The notes under the pieces: generated by a model
Database searches by the model: none
Told to the model about the DNA's origin: nothing
Seen by the model: only the letters and a program-made list of their open reading frames with translations
NCBI GenBank assembly: GCA_035524375.1
Contig: DATKOZ010000035.1
Coordinates: 135,663 to 199,662 of the forward strand
Direction of reading: 5' to 3'
Origin: Candidatus Binataceae bacterium
Lineage (GTDB): Bacteria > Desulfobacterota > Binatia > Binatales > Binataceae
DNA: 64,000 nucleotides
In this document: piece after piece, positions 27,228 to 36,744 of the stretch
Position numbering within the stretch: the stretch's first letter is position 1
Layout of the letters: each line of letters opens with the position of its first letter
Position numbers and translations under genes: made by a program

Positions 27228-28097
27228 ATGGCATCGGGATTTGATTTTGGAAATGCGGCTGCGGCCGAACCGTACTGCGGGATGCTTGGGATTCGGCTCG
27301 AACATGCGGACAAGGACCGCGCAAAAATCGGGTTGCCGTTTCGCGAGGAGATAAGCAATCCGGGCAATCAAGTGCACGGCGGCGTCGTGTCATCGATGCT
27401 CGGAATCGCCGCGCGAATCGGCGCGCTCTCGGGGCTTGATATCTCCGCACCACCGCTGACGAATACGATTGAACTTCATTGCGCCTACCTGTCATCCGCC
27501 GTGGGCGAGGAGATGATCGGCGAAAGCCGTGTGCTGCGCCGTGGCAAGGAACTGACGCACCTCACCGCCGATGTAAAGACCGCGAATGGAAAGCCGATCG
27601 CGACCGGAACCGCGATATTCCGGAGCGTTCCCGGCCCGGAGGCTACCGCCGGGACGCCAGCCAACCCGCCATTTCCGGTTGAGGAGAGAGAGATTCCCCA
27701 ACTGGCGAAGATGCTGACCTCGGTCGCCTTCATCGGACGGCTTGGAATCCAGATGGATTACTATCATCAGGGGCGCGCGCGATTGCGCCTGCCGTATCGC
27801 GCCGATTTGGCCGACAGTGCGGGCTCGATGCATGAAGGCGCGCTGGGAGCACTGATCGATACGGCGGGAGCGATGGCGGCATGGTCGCTGGTGAAGGCGC
27901 AGCCGGGGATGCGCGTATCGACGATCTCAATCGACGTGAATTTTTTCGCATCGGCACCGGAGAAGGGTGTCGCCGCGTATTCGTACAATTATGCGCGCCG
28001 CAAGGAAGTGTATTTCAACCGCGTTGATGTGATCGCGGACGATGGGACGATCGTGGCGTCCGGTTCGGTGATCTATCGAATCGTGATCCCGGAGTAA
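27228..28097 (+). CDS. Tandem double hotdog-fold thioesterase (PaaI family)
   Basis: Two PaaI-like domains (NQVHGGVVSSMLG… and …MHEGALGALIDTAGAMAAW). Confidence 0.75.
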   Translation: MASGFDFGNAAAAEPYCGMLGIRLEHADKDRAKIGLPFREEISNPGNQVHGGVVSSMLGIAARIGALSGLDISAPPLTNTIELHCAYLSSAVGEEMIGESRVLRRGKELTHLTADVKTANGKPIATGTAIFRSVPGPEATAGTPANPPFPVEEREIPQLAKMLTSVAFIGRLGIQMDYYHQGRARLRLPYRADLADSAGSMHEGALGALIDTAGAMAAWSLVKAQPGMRVSTISIDVNFFASAPEKGVAAYSYNYARRKEVYFNRVDVIADDGTIVASGSVIYRIVIPE

Positions 28098-28101
28098 GGC
28101 G

Positions 28102-29199
28102 ATGGCGACCAAAAGCATGGCGGTGGTCCAGACCGGACCGCATAAGCTGGAAATCCGCGAGTTCCCGCTGCCCGAGATCGGCGCGGATGACGGCCTGCTC
28201 CGGATGGAGGCGTGCGGTATTTGCGGCAGCGACTACGAACAGTATGAAGGCGCGTTCGGCGGAATCCGCTATCCGGTAATCCCCGGCCATGAACCGCTGG
28301 GGATAATCGAAAAGATCGGCCCGGCCGCCGCGAAGCGATGGCAAGTCAAGGAAGGCGACCGCGTCGCCGTCGAGGTGATGCTTCCGTGCGGCTTCTGCGA
28401 GCAATGCCGGTCGGGACAGTACCGCCTGTGTTTCGGTAAAGGCCGCATGTCGGCCTACGGTTACACGTCATGCAAGGAGCCGCCGGCTTTGTGGGGCGGC
28501 TATGCGGAGTACATGTATCTCGACCCGCATACGGTGCTGCACAAGGTCTCGCACAAAATCGCTCCCGAAATTGCGGTGCTGTTCAATCCGCTGGGAGCGG
28601 GTATCCGATGGGCCGTGCAGATGCCCGGCACGACGATCGGGGACAGCATCGTGATCCTCGGGCCAGGACAGCGCGGTTTGGCCAGCGTTGTTGCCGCGCG
28701 CGAGGCGGGCGCCGACAAGATCATCGTCACGGGGCTGAAGCGCGACGCGAAGAAACTCGCGCTGGCGCTCGAATTCGGCGCGACGCACGCCGTCAACGCC
28801 GACGAAGTCGATCCCGTCGTCGCGGTGCGCGATATCACCGGCGGCAGGGGCGCGGACATCGCGGTGGATGTGGCGGCATTCTCCGCCGACACGGTGGTCC
28901 AAGGCATCGATATGGTGCGGCGCGGCGGGACGGTGGTGCTGGCGGGCACCAAGGGGCCCAATATGATCAAAGAACTGATGAGCGACAAGATCGTGTTCAA
29001 GGAAATTCGCATACTGGGCGCGATGGGGGTGGACTACAATTCGTACGCGCCCGCCGTGCGCATAATCGAATCGGGCCGCTACCCGCTTGAGAAGATGCAC
29101 ACGCATACGATGCCGCTGGAAAAGGCCGAACACGCGATCCAGATCCTTGCGGGCAAAATCCCCGGCGAAGAAGCGATTCACATCGCGCTCAAAATGTAG
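28102..29199 (+). CDS. Zinc-dependent alcohol dehydrogenase (MDR family, threonine/sorbitol dehydrogenase-like)
   Basis: CGICGSD, GHEPLG, and a structural zinc Cys cluster CGFCEQCRSGQYRLC. Confidence 0.85.
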   Translation: MATKSMAVVQTGPHKLEIREFPLPEIGADDGLLRMEACGICGSDYEQYEGAFGGIRYPVIPGHEPLGIIEKIGPAAAKRWQVKEGDRVAVEVMLPCGFCEQCRSGQYRLCFGKGRMSAYGYTSCKEPPALWGGYAEYMYLDPHTVLHKVSHKIAPEIAVLFNPLGAGIRWAVQMPGTTIGDSIVILGPGQRGLASVVAAREAGADKIIVTGLKRDAKKLALALEFGATHAVNADEVDPVVAVRDITGGRGADIAVDVAAFSADTVVQGIDMVRRGGTVVLAGTKGPNMIKELMSDKIVFKEIRILGAMGVDYNSYAPAVRIIESGRYPLEKMHTHTMPLEKAEHAIQILAGKIPGEEAIHIALKM

Positions 29200-29213
29200 T
29201 CTGGCCGCGTGAT

Positions 29214-31742
29214 TTACCGCTGCGGTTCGGGCGGGGAGGGAGGTTTTGGAGCGGGCGCGGATTGCGCCGGCTCCTGCACCACGCGGGTTTCGCTGACGGC
29301 GCGAGCGTGAATCGCCTCGGCCATCGACTTCAGCCGCTGGTCCACCAAATGATTGATTGTTCCCGAATCGCTGATTTTTCCGGCGCGAATCCCAGTCAGA
29401 ATCTCGATTCCATCGTCGATCGTATCCACCGGGTGGATATGGAATTTTCCTTGTTCAATCGCCGCGACCGTCTCCGCGTCAAGCATCAAATTGGCAACGT
29501 TCGATCGCGGCACCAGCACTCCCTGCGTGCCCGACAGGCCGATTGCCTTGCATACGCGGTAGAAGCCTTCAATCTTTTCGTTGACACCGCCGATCGCCTG
29601 CACCGTGCCGTGCTGATCGACCGAGCCGGTTACCGCAAGGTCCTGGCGAATCGGCACGCCCGACAGCGCGGATAGGAGCGCATACAGCTCGGTTGAACTG
29701 GCGCTATCGCCGTCAATTCCCGAGTACGACTGCTCAAAGCAGATCGACGCGGTCATCGCCAGCGGATGCGATTGCCCGAAGCGCGAGCGCATGAAGCCGC
29801 TCAGAATCATGATGCCCTTGTCGTGAGTGGAGCCGGACAGGCGCGCCTCGCGCTCGATGTTGATCACCCCCGCCTGACCGAGCGCGACCGTCGCGGTGAC
29901 GCGTGCGGGGCGGCCGAAGGCGTAACCGCCGACATCGAGCACGGCCAGTCCGTTGATCTGGCCCTCGCTCTTGCCCTTGATGTTGACGATAAGCGTACCT
30001 TGGGCGATCAGGCGGCGGATTTCTTCCTCGATGAAATTGAGCCGCAGCCGGCGCTCGCCAATCGCGCGTTCGACATGCTGCGCGCTCACGCGTTGGGAAT
30101 TTTCCCCGCGGGCGAAGTAGGCCGCCTCCCGCGCGAGATCGTCGATCGGCTCGAGCATCGCAAGCACCCGCGCACGATCGCCCGCCATCCGCATCCCAAA
30201 TTCTACGATCCGCGCAAGCGCGCCGGCTTCGAACGGCGGCAGCTTTTCGCGGCGCGCGAGGGCGCCTACTCGGCCGGCGTAATGGGTGGCCGCGGATGCA
30301 TCGGCGTCGACCGCCGGACGCATCTCGGCTTTCACCTTGAACAGTTCGGAGAAGTCCGGATCGTAGAAATAGAGCAGATTGTAAAGGTACCGCCCGCCAA
30401 TCACGACGACTTTGGCGCTGATTTCGATCGGCTCGGGCTTGAGGCCGCTGGAAAAGAACAGCGGAATCGGCTCCAGCGTTTCCAGCGTCATCCGCCCGGA
30501 CTTGAGCGTGCGCTTTAGCGTGTTCCATACGCCCGGTTCGATCACGGCATCCTCGAGGTCGAATACCAAATAACCGCCGTGCGATTTCAACATCGAGCCG
30601 CCGATGATCCGAGTGAAATTCGTGCCCTGGCGGCCCAGCGGATCGATCCAGCGCTCGATTGTGCCGAACAGATTGCGATAGGTGGGTGCGTCTTCGAGCA
30701 CGACCGGCGCTCCGTGCGTGCGCGAATTGTCCACCATCACGTTGACCTGGTACTCGAACCAGCGCGGGCCGTCATCGCCAAGTGGCGGCTGCATTTGATC
30801 GGGCGGCGGCTCGCGGAAGCGGTCGAGATGGGCCAGCATGTGCTCGGCCACGTTCTCCAGCCATGCAGTGACGCCGGGATTGTCGAAGTGATGCTTTAGC
30901 TGGTCGATCGACGGCGTGATCAGCCGTGCTGCGAATGCCCGTTCGACCGCGCGGATGTCCGCGATCATTTCGCGCACGATCTCCTGCTGGCGCATCATCA
31001 GGCCCCCCAGTTCGTTCTGGAGTTCCGTCTGCGCGATGCTCAGCTGTTCGCGCTCGGCCTCGGTCTTTTTCTCCATCGCGGCGCCGAGCGCGTCGGGCGA
31101 TTCGGGCATTTTGCCGTCGATCAGCGGAATGAAGATTACGCGGCCCTGCGGCGTGCTCTGGATCGCGAAACCGCGTTCGCGGGCGTGGTCCTCGAATTTT
31201 CCGAACAGGTCCTGCGCGCGCTTGTTGTATTTGTCGCGGAGCGCGGCGCGTTCCTGATCGAAATCCTCACGCCGGAATGCCTTGGGCAGCTGTTCGACGA
31301 CGAAATGAAGCAGCTCGGACATCCGAGTTCGGAGCTCCACTCCCTGCCCCGGCTTGAGATAGATCGCGGATGGCGATTCCGGACTGAGGAAATTATTGAC
31401 GTACACCCAATCGCCCGGCGTCGGCATTCCGGCCGCCCGCTCCGCCAGCAGGCGCATCACCGATTCGCGTTCATGGCGAGTGCGCAATCCGCTGACGAAG
31501 ACGTTATATCCGGGCCCTTCGATTCCGATCGCAAGGCGGATCGCGTCCAGGGCGCGTTCCTGGCCCAAGAGCGGCTCGGCGCGGCCGTCAAAGGCGGCAC
31601 GTTCGAGCGCCGCGGAATCGAGCGGAATCGGCGCGCGCAATTGGTCCGCCGAAAGCTCCGGATGAGGCGGTGCCGAGACGAGCGGCGCCGATGCGGTCAC
31701 GGCGGCAGTGTCGGGTTTCTCAGCCATGGTGCAAAAGTGCAA
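29214..31742 (-). CDS. Lon-like ATP-dependent protease (S16 family, LonB/COG1067-type)
   Basis: C-terminal S16 proteolytic domain with a Ser-Lys dyad context (DGDSASSTELYALLSALSGVPIRQDLAVTGSVDQHG…). 842 aa. Confidence 0.8.
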   Translation of the reverse strand: MHFCTMAEKPDTAAVTASAPLVSAPPHPELSADQLRAPIPLDSAALERAAFDGRAEPLLGQERALDAIRLAIGIEGPGYNVFVSGLRTRHERESVMRLLAERAAGMPTPGDWVYVNNFLSPESPSAIYLKPGQGVELRTRMSELLHFVVEQLPKAFRREDFDQERAALRDKYNKRAQDLFGKFEDHARERGFAIQSTPQGRVIFIPLIDGKMPESPDALGAAMEKKTEAEREQLSIAQTELQNELGGLMMRQQEIVREMIADIRAVERAFAARLITPSIDQLKHHFDNPGVTAWLENVAEHMLAHLDRFREPPPDQMQPPLGDDGPRWFEYQVNVMVDNSRTHGAPVVLEDAPTYRNLFGTIERWIDPLGRQGTNFTRIIGGSMLKSHGGYLVFDLEDAVIEPGVWNTLKRTLKSGRMTLETLEPIPLFFSSGLKPEPIEISAKVVVIGGRYLYNLLYFYDPDFSELFKVKAEMRPAVDADASAATHYAGRVGALARREKLPPFEAGALARIVEFGMRMAGDRARVLAMLEPIDDLAREAAYFARGENSQRVSAQHVERAIGERRLRLNFIEEEIRRLIAQGTLIVNIKGKSEGQINGLAVLDVGGYAFGRPARVTATVALGQAGVINIEREARLSGSTHDKGIMILSGFMRSRFGQSHPLAMTASICFEQSYSGIDGDSASSTELYALLSALSGVPIRQDLAVTGSVDQHGTVQAIGGVNEKIEGFYRVCKAIGLSGTQGVLVPRSNVANLMLDAETVAAIEQGKFHIHPVDTIDDGIEILTGIRAGKISDSGTINHLVDQRLKSMAEAIHARAVSETRVVQEPAQSAPAPKPPSPPEPQR

Positions 31743-31751
31743 GCCGGTTGG

Positions 31752-32129
31752 TTATGGCTTCCGCTGGTTGTTTTGGCGGATTTTCTTTTTGGGCAGCATG
31801 ATTGTCAGGACGCCGTTGGACCATTGCGTGACCGCCGCTTTGGCATCGATCGCGGTTGCGAACGAAAAGATGTTCTCCAGCGCCTCCCCGGACAGTGACG
31901 GGATGCGCACAGTCAGGCGCTGCCCGGATGCGTCCACCTGAATCTGGGACGGATCAGCGACGCGGGCGGTGATCCGCACTTCGTATCGATCGGCGCGATC
32001 GATTATCTGGGCGCGTTCGGCCTCTGCTCCGGGCCGGAATGATTTCCACGGGTCGATAAGCAGTTCGTCGAAGATTTCATCGAGCGCGCGCTCGAATTCC
32101 TCGATTCCAAAGCCGCGGCGGATGGACAT
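31752..32129 (-). CDS. Hsp20/alpha-crystallin family small heat-shock protein
   Basis: Alpha-crystallin domain …YEVRITARVADPSQIQVDASGQRLTVRIPS…GVLTIMLPKK. Confidence 0.85.
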   Translation of the reverse strand: MSIRRGFGIEEFERALDEIFDELLIDPWKSFRPGAEAERAQIIDRADRYEVRITARVADPSQIQVDASGQRLTVRIPSLSGEALENIFSFATAIDAKAAVTQWSNGVLTIMLPKKKIRQNNQRKP

Positions 32130-32164
32130 GGCGGATAGTTTTCCATGAAATTCGGAAAATTGTA

Positions 32165-32698
32165 ATGGCGCGCTTGCCTGCGCGGGACCAGCGGGATATC
32201 GTTCACTTCGTGGCGACGATATCCAAAATTCTGGCGGCGACCGATTTTTCCGAGGATTCCAGCCTTGCGCTGCAATACGCCGAGGAAGAGGCGCGCAAAT
32301 TCTCCGCCGAACTGATCGTCCTGCACGTCGATCAGCCGCTGGCTCCCGTGATTATGACTCCGGAGCTTGGCCCCGCGATGGACGTGGGCGCGATGAACCG
32401 GATTGCGGAGGAGCAGCGCCTGATGGCGCAGCGCGAGCTGGACAAAATCGTCCGCAAGCTGCGCGACGGCGGGCTCAAGGCCAAAAGCATGCTCAAGGTC
32501 GGGTCTCCGTTCCTCGAAATCCTGCGCACCGCGCAGACCGAAGGCGCAGATTTAATAGTCCTTGGCACGCACGGCCGCACCGGCTTGGCGCACGTTCTGC
32601 TGGGCAGCGTGGCCGAGCGCGTGGTTCAAAAGGCGCATTGCCCGGTGCTGACGATTCGCCACCCCGACCGCAAGTTCAAGCATCCGCTTGAGAAATAG
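32165..32698 (+). CDS. Universal stress protein UspA family
   Basis: ILAATDFSEDS…LIVLGTHGRTGLAHVLLGSVAERVVQKAHCPVLTIR. The true start is probably the GTG at about 32207, given only 35 bp to the divergent hsp20. Confidence 0.8.
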   Translation: MARLPARDQRDIVHFVATISKILAATDFSEDSSLALQYAEEEARKFSAELIVLHVDQPLAPVIMTPELGPAMDVGAMNRIAEEQRLMAQRELDKIVRKLRDGGLKAKSMLKVGSPFLEILRTAQTEGADLIVLGTHGRTGLAHVLLGSVAERVVQKAHCPVLTIRHPDRKFKHPLEK

Positions 32699-32774
32699 CG
32701 CCGGCCCTCGCCCCGTATCAGCCGCAAATCGCGCCCATTGAATCGGGCTCGCATCGGCTGTTAGTAAAGCCGTA

Positions 32775-34469
32775 ATGTTTTCGTCAAACCGCCGCCGCTC
32801 GCATGCGTTCGTCCTGTCCGCGTTTCTGTCGCTGGCCATAAATGCCGCCGTGCCGTGCGGCGTCATCGCCGCCCCGCCGGCGCAATCCGCCGTGGGGCAG
32901 CATGCGATGGTCGTCTCCGAGAGCGCCGATGCCACGCATGCCGGACTGGCAATTCTCAAGCAGGGCGGAAATGCGATAGACGCCGCATGTGCGACCGCGC
33001 TTGCAACCGGAGTAACCAACCCGGGCGCATCCGGAATCGGCGGCGGCGGCTTCATGCTTATCTATCTGGCCAAGCCGCATGCGCTTTATTCGCTCGATTT
33101 CCGCGAGACCGCGCCGCTCAAGGCAACTCCAGACATGTACATCCGTAACGGCAAGGCTGACGAAGAGCTGGCGCGCACGGGAGCGCTGGCGGTTGCGGTA
33201 CCCGGCGAAGTTGCGGGCATTGATGCCGCGCTCAAGCGCTTCGGAACGATGAAGTTCCAGCAGGTCGCCGCTCCGGCGGAAAAACTTGCACAGGCCGGCT
33301 TTGCCGCCAGCCCGCACCTGGCGGACGAAATCGCAAAGAACGCCGCTGCGCTGGGCAACGATCCGCAATTGCGCGAGGTGTTCATCACGGCGGCCGGCGT
33401 GCCGCACAAGGCCGGTGACACGATCGTCGAGAAAAATCTGGCCACTGCGCTGAAGGCGCTGGGCGACGATCCGGCGGCGAATTTTTATCATGGCGATGTT
33501 GCCCGGCACATCGTCGCGTTGATGAAGGCCGGCGGCGGAATCATTCGAAAGGCCGATTTGGCCGCCTACCAGCCGGTTTGGCGCGATCCGATTCATCATC
33601 CGTACAAGGAATATGAAGTGTACGCGATGCCGCCGCCGTCGTCGGGCGTGGTGATTCTGGAGATGCTGGGGATGCTGTCGTCGGGACGGCTGGCGGGGCT
33701 GGGCTTGAATTCAGCGCCGTATTTGGCGCGGCTTATCGAAGTGATGCGCCAGGGGTTCATCGAGCGCGCGCGCCTTGGAGATCCCGCATTTAATCCGGCG
33801 CCAATCGATACGATGCTGTCGGATGCGCATATCGCGGAACTTCGCGACCGTGCGATGCATCATAAGGCACAGCCGGATGCAGTTCCGGCTCACGATCACG
33901 GAACCTCGAATCTGATCGTGGCTGACAGCGCCGGCAATATCGCCGTGATTACCACCACGATCAACACGGCGTTCGGGGCAAAAATCTCCGTGCCCGGCAT
34001 GGGAATCATCCTGAACGACGAGATGGACGATTTTTCGGTCGCACCGGGAGTGCCGAACGCATATCAATTAGCGGGTGCCGCCGCCGATGAGATCAAGCCG
34101 GGCAAGCGCCCGCTCTCTTCAATGTCGCCAATCATTGTTACGAAAAATGGGCAGCCGGTGATGAGTGCCGGCGGCTCCGGCGGCCCGATGATCGTAACCG
34201 GAGTTCTGCAGGTGACGCTTAATCTGCTCGACTTCCATATGGGGGTGGCCGGCGCGGTTGCCGCCCCGCGCATCCACGAGCAGGCCTCGCCCGACGTGGT
34301 CAGCGTGGAGCCGGAAATTCCCGTTGCGGCTACCAGCGAGCTGCGCCAGATGGGTTATGCGCTTAAAATCACGCCTACGACCGGCGCAATCGGAGCGGTG
34401 ACGATTGCACCGGGGGATCTTCGCGGAGCGTACGACCCGCGCAAGGGCGGGGGAGCCGAAGGCTATTAG
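32775..34469 (+). CDS. ggt: Gamma-glutamyltransferase
   Basis: Signal peptide; nucleophile Thr region GTSNLIVAD; TTTINTAFGAKISVPGMGIILNDEMDDF; GGSGGP. Confidence 0.9.
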   Translation: MFSSNRRRSHAFVLSAFLSLAINAAVPCGVIAAPPAQSAVGQHAMVVSESADATHAGLAILKQGGNAIDAACATALATGVTNPGASGIGGGGFMLIYLAKPHALYSLDFRETAPLKATPDMYIRNGKADEELARTGALAVAVPGEVAGIDAALKRFGTMKFQQVAAPAEKLAQAGFAASPHLADEIAKNAAALGNDPQLREVFITAAGVPHKAGDTIVEKNLATALKALGDDPAANFYHGDVARHIVALMKAGGGIIRKADLAAYQPVWRDPIHHPYKEYEVYAMPPPSSGVVILEMLGMLSSGRLAGLGLNSAPYLARLIEVMRQGFIERARLGDPAFNPAPIDTMLSDAHIAELRDRAMHHKAQPDAVPAHDHGTSNLIVADSAGNIAVITTTINTAFGAKISVPGMGIILNDEMDDFSVAPGVPNAYQLAGAAADEIKPGKRPLSSMSPIIVTKNGQPVMSAGGSGGPMIVTGVLQVTLNLLDFHMGVAGAVAAPRIHEQASPDVVSVEPEIPVAATSELRQMGYALKITPTTGAIGAVTIAPGDLRGAYDPRKGGGAEGY

Positions 34470-34586
34470 GCTCGATTTCTCCTGTCCGGATTTGCTGATA
34501 ATTTGTGGATAATGACCCGTTCGCATTCGCAGCCTTGACGCGGCGACAGTAATTCACGCGGTCGGCTGACTCGCGGCGCGGCGCAC

Positions 34587-36734
34587 ATGGAATCCATCAA
34601 CCGCACTCCTTCAACAAAGCAAAACCCTGAGCCGCTCCAAGTCGAGGGTTCGGGGGAGGGAGATACGGCAGCCGCGGCCCCTGCCGAAGAGCAGCAAGAA
34701 TCGTCCGCGTTTCAACCGTTTTTTACGGCGTTTGGCGCGGGCAACGCGCAAGCCGGGGCCTGGCTCGCGCGACTGCTGATAGTCACGGCTCTGGTTTACA
34801 GCCGATGCTTAAAGGGCGAGTTCGTATACGACGACCACGAGTGGGCAAATCATCGATTTGTCGCGAACTGGTCGTTCATTTGGAAGTCGCTGGTTCACGA
34901 TGCATGGTGGTTCTCCAATCCCGATCATTCTCCCGCAAGTTCCTATTATCGGCCGTTTCTGGATATCTGGACCGCGCTGAATTTCCATCTGTTCGGTTTG
35001 GCTCCGTTCGGGTGGCACGCGGCGATGGTGGTTCTCTATCTGATCGTCGTGTGGCAGGTGTTTCGCGTATCTGTGCTGTTGGCGCGCGATCAGTGGACGG
35101 GTCTTTTGGCCGCGATGCTGTTTGCGCTGATGCCGGCGCACGTCGAGTCAGTCGCATGGCCGTCGGCGATCTGCCAGCCGTTGCTGGCGGGGTTCGAGCT
35201 GGCAGCATTCGAGTTGTACCTTCGCCGCCGCGAGATTCATCCGCCCGATGATCGACTCGTGCGATGGCTGGGCTGGTCGCTGTTGTCATTCGCAGGGGCG
35301 CTGCTGACTTATGAAAGCGCAGTAACATTTCCGCTTCTAATCGCCGCTCACACGTTCATTTTTCAGGAAGGGAAGAGCGATGGCGAAGCCGGCGGCGAGA
35401 ATCCTCCGGTAATGGAATCTGCGAGTTCAACGCTCAGAGATCGAGTACACGCGGCGGTCGCCGCGATGTCGCCATATGCGATCGCGGTGGCGGTCTACTT
35501 TGGCGTGCGCTTTTGGGTGTTGGGATTTATCAGCCGGTCATATCCGGGCAATCGCACGTCCGCGCTCGAAGTCGCGCTGACGCTTCCGGGCGCACTATGG
35601 CGGTACCTGATGATCCTCCTGCTCCCGTGGCGGGCCGGCCCGGTTCATCACATGGATATCGTCCAAAGCGCCGCGTCGCTGGATTTTCTTCTGCCGATGG
35701 CCGGGCTAATCGCGGTTTGCGCCGTGAGCTTCACGTTACTGAGAAATAACTCGCATCGCCGCCTGTATCTATTCTGTGCGGCGTGGTTTCTGATCGCGCT
35801 TGCGCCGATGCTCAATATCGGCGGTCTTTTTCTGCAGGCATTTATACAGGATCGCTACGTTTTCTTTCCTTCGTTCGGGTTTTGTCTCATCGCCGCCGAT
35901 ATGGCCGCCGGGTTCGCTCGCGGCAGCGAGTCGCGGGAGAGATCCGTTCTGATCGGAGCGCTGGCCGTGGCAGCCGGATACTCGGTACTGCTCATTCAAA
36001 TTGAAGGCCTATGGCACGACGACGCGACCCTGTTTTCGCGCTGCGTGACGCAGACTCCACTGGTCGAGTTTTGCCATAACCGGATGGGACTGGCACTCGC
36101 ATCGCGCGGCGACTATGCCGGTGCACGCGGAGAGTTCGAGCAGGCGGCGGCCCTTGTTCCGGATGATGGCTGGAACCTCTACGATCTCGGGTTGGTCTAC
36201 GAGCATTTGGGCGATCGGCATACTGCGGCGGTGAAAATGGCGGAAGGATTGAAGCACGCGGAGGACCCGTCGCTGGACAATTTCATCCGGCTCGCGTTCG
36301 TAGCCGATACCGCCGGTGACGCGAACTTGGCGAATGCCGCCCTTGCCCGCGCCGCCGATATGCCCGGCGGTGCCGAAGCCGCCGCCCTGACGCAAGCGCA
36401 GTTCCGGTTTCGTCACGGAGATAACAAAGGCGCCGAAGAATCGGCACGTCAACTGCTCAGCCGTGATCCGAACAATGCTCAGGCACTGGTTACTTTGGGC
36501 TCGGCCCTTTCGGTGGAGCATCGGTATGACGAGGCGCTGGCAGCCTACCGGCGTACCGTGGAAATTTCTCCCGACGCACCGTTGATTCACTACATGCTCG
36601 CATCGACGCTGCATCAATTGGGCCGCGATCGGGAGGCGCACGACGAATGCACAATCGCGATCGAGGCCGCGCCCAACGACCCCAATGCGCGTGCCCTGAT
36701 GTCCGCCATTGAGCATGGCGGCCCGGTGCGCTAG
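34587..36734 (+). CDS. TMTC-like membrane protein (DUF1736-type multi-TM domain + C-terminal TPR repeats), paralog 1 of 3
   Basis: N-terminal about 10 TM with FVYDDH and HAESVAW motifs; C-terminal TPR array. Same architecture as paralogs 2 and 3. Confidence 0.7.
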   Translation: MESINRTPSTKQNPEPLQVEGSGEGDTAAAAPAEEQQESSAFQPFFTAFGAGNAQAGAWLARLLIVTALVYSRCLKGEFVYDDHEWANHRFVANWSFIWKSLVHDAWWFSNPDHSPASSYYRPFLDIWTALNFHLFGLAPFGWHAAMVVLYLIVVWQVFRVSVLLARDQWTGLLAAMLFALMPAHVESVAWPSAICQPLLAGFELAAFELYLRRREIHPPDDRLVRWLGWSLLSFAGALLTYESAVTFPLLIAAHTFIFQEGKSDGEAGGENPPVMESASSTLRDRVHAAVAAMSPYAIAVAVYFGVRFWVLGFISRSYPGNRTSALEVALTLPGALWRYLMILLLPWRAGPVHHMDIVQSAASLDFLLPMAGLIAVCAVSFTLLRNNSHRRLYLFCAAWFLIALAPMLNIGGLFLQAFIQDRYVFFPSFGFCLIAADMAAGFARGSESRERSVLIGALAVAAGYSVLLIQIEGLWHDDATLFSRCVTQTPLVEFCHNRMGLALASRGDYAGARGEFEQAAALVPDDGWNLYDLGLVYEHLGDRHTAAVKMAEGLKHAEDPSLDNFIRLAFVADTAGDANLANAALARAADMPGGAEAAALTQAQFRFRHGDNKGAEESARQLLSRDPNNAQALVTLGSALSVEHRYDEALAAYRRTVEISPDAPLIHYMLASTLHQLGRDREAHDECTIAIEAAPNDPNARALMSAIEHGGPVR

Positions 36735-36744
36735 CGGATGAGTC

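Noticed and set aside
31185-31898. 237-aa + strand ORF and other long antisense ORFs (12051..12815, 25100..25567, 28468..29181, 39722..40576, 41855..42646, 52412..53206, 53502..54251, 59474..60325)
   Set aside because: All are antisense to, or frame-shifted within, genes with strong homology signatures. They are high-GC artefacts.
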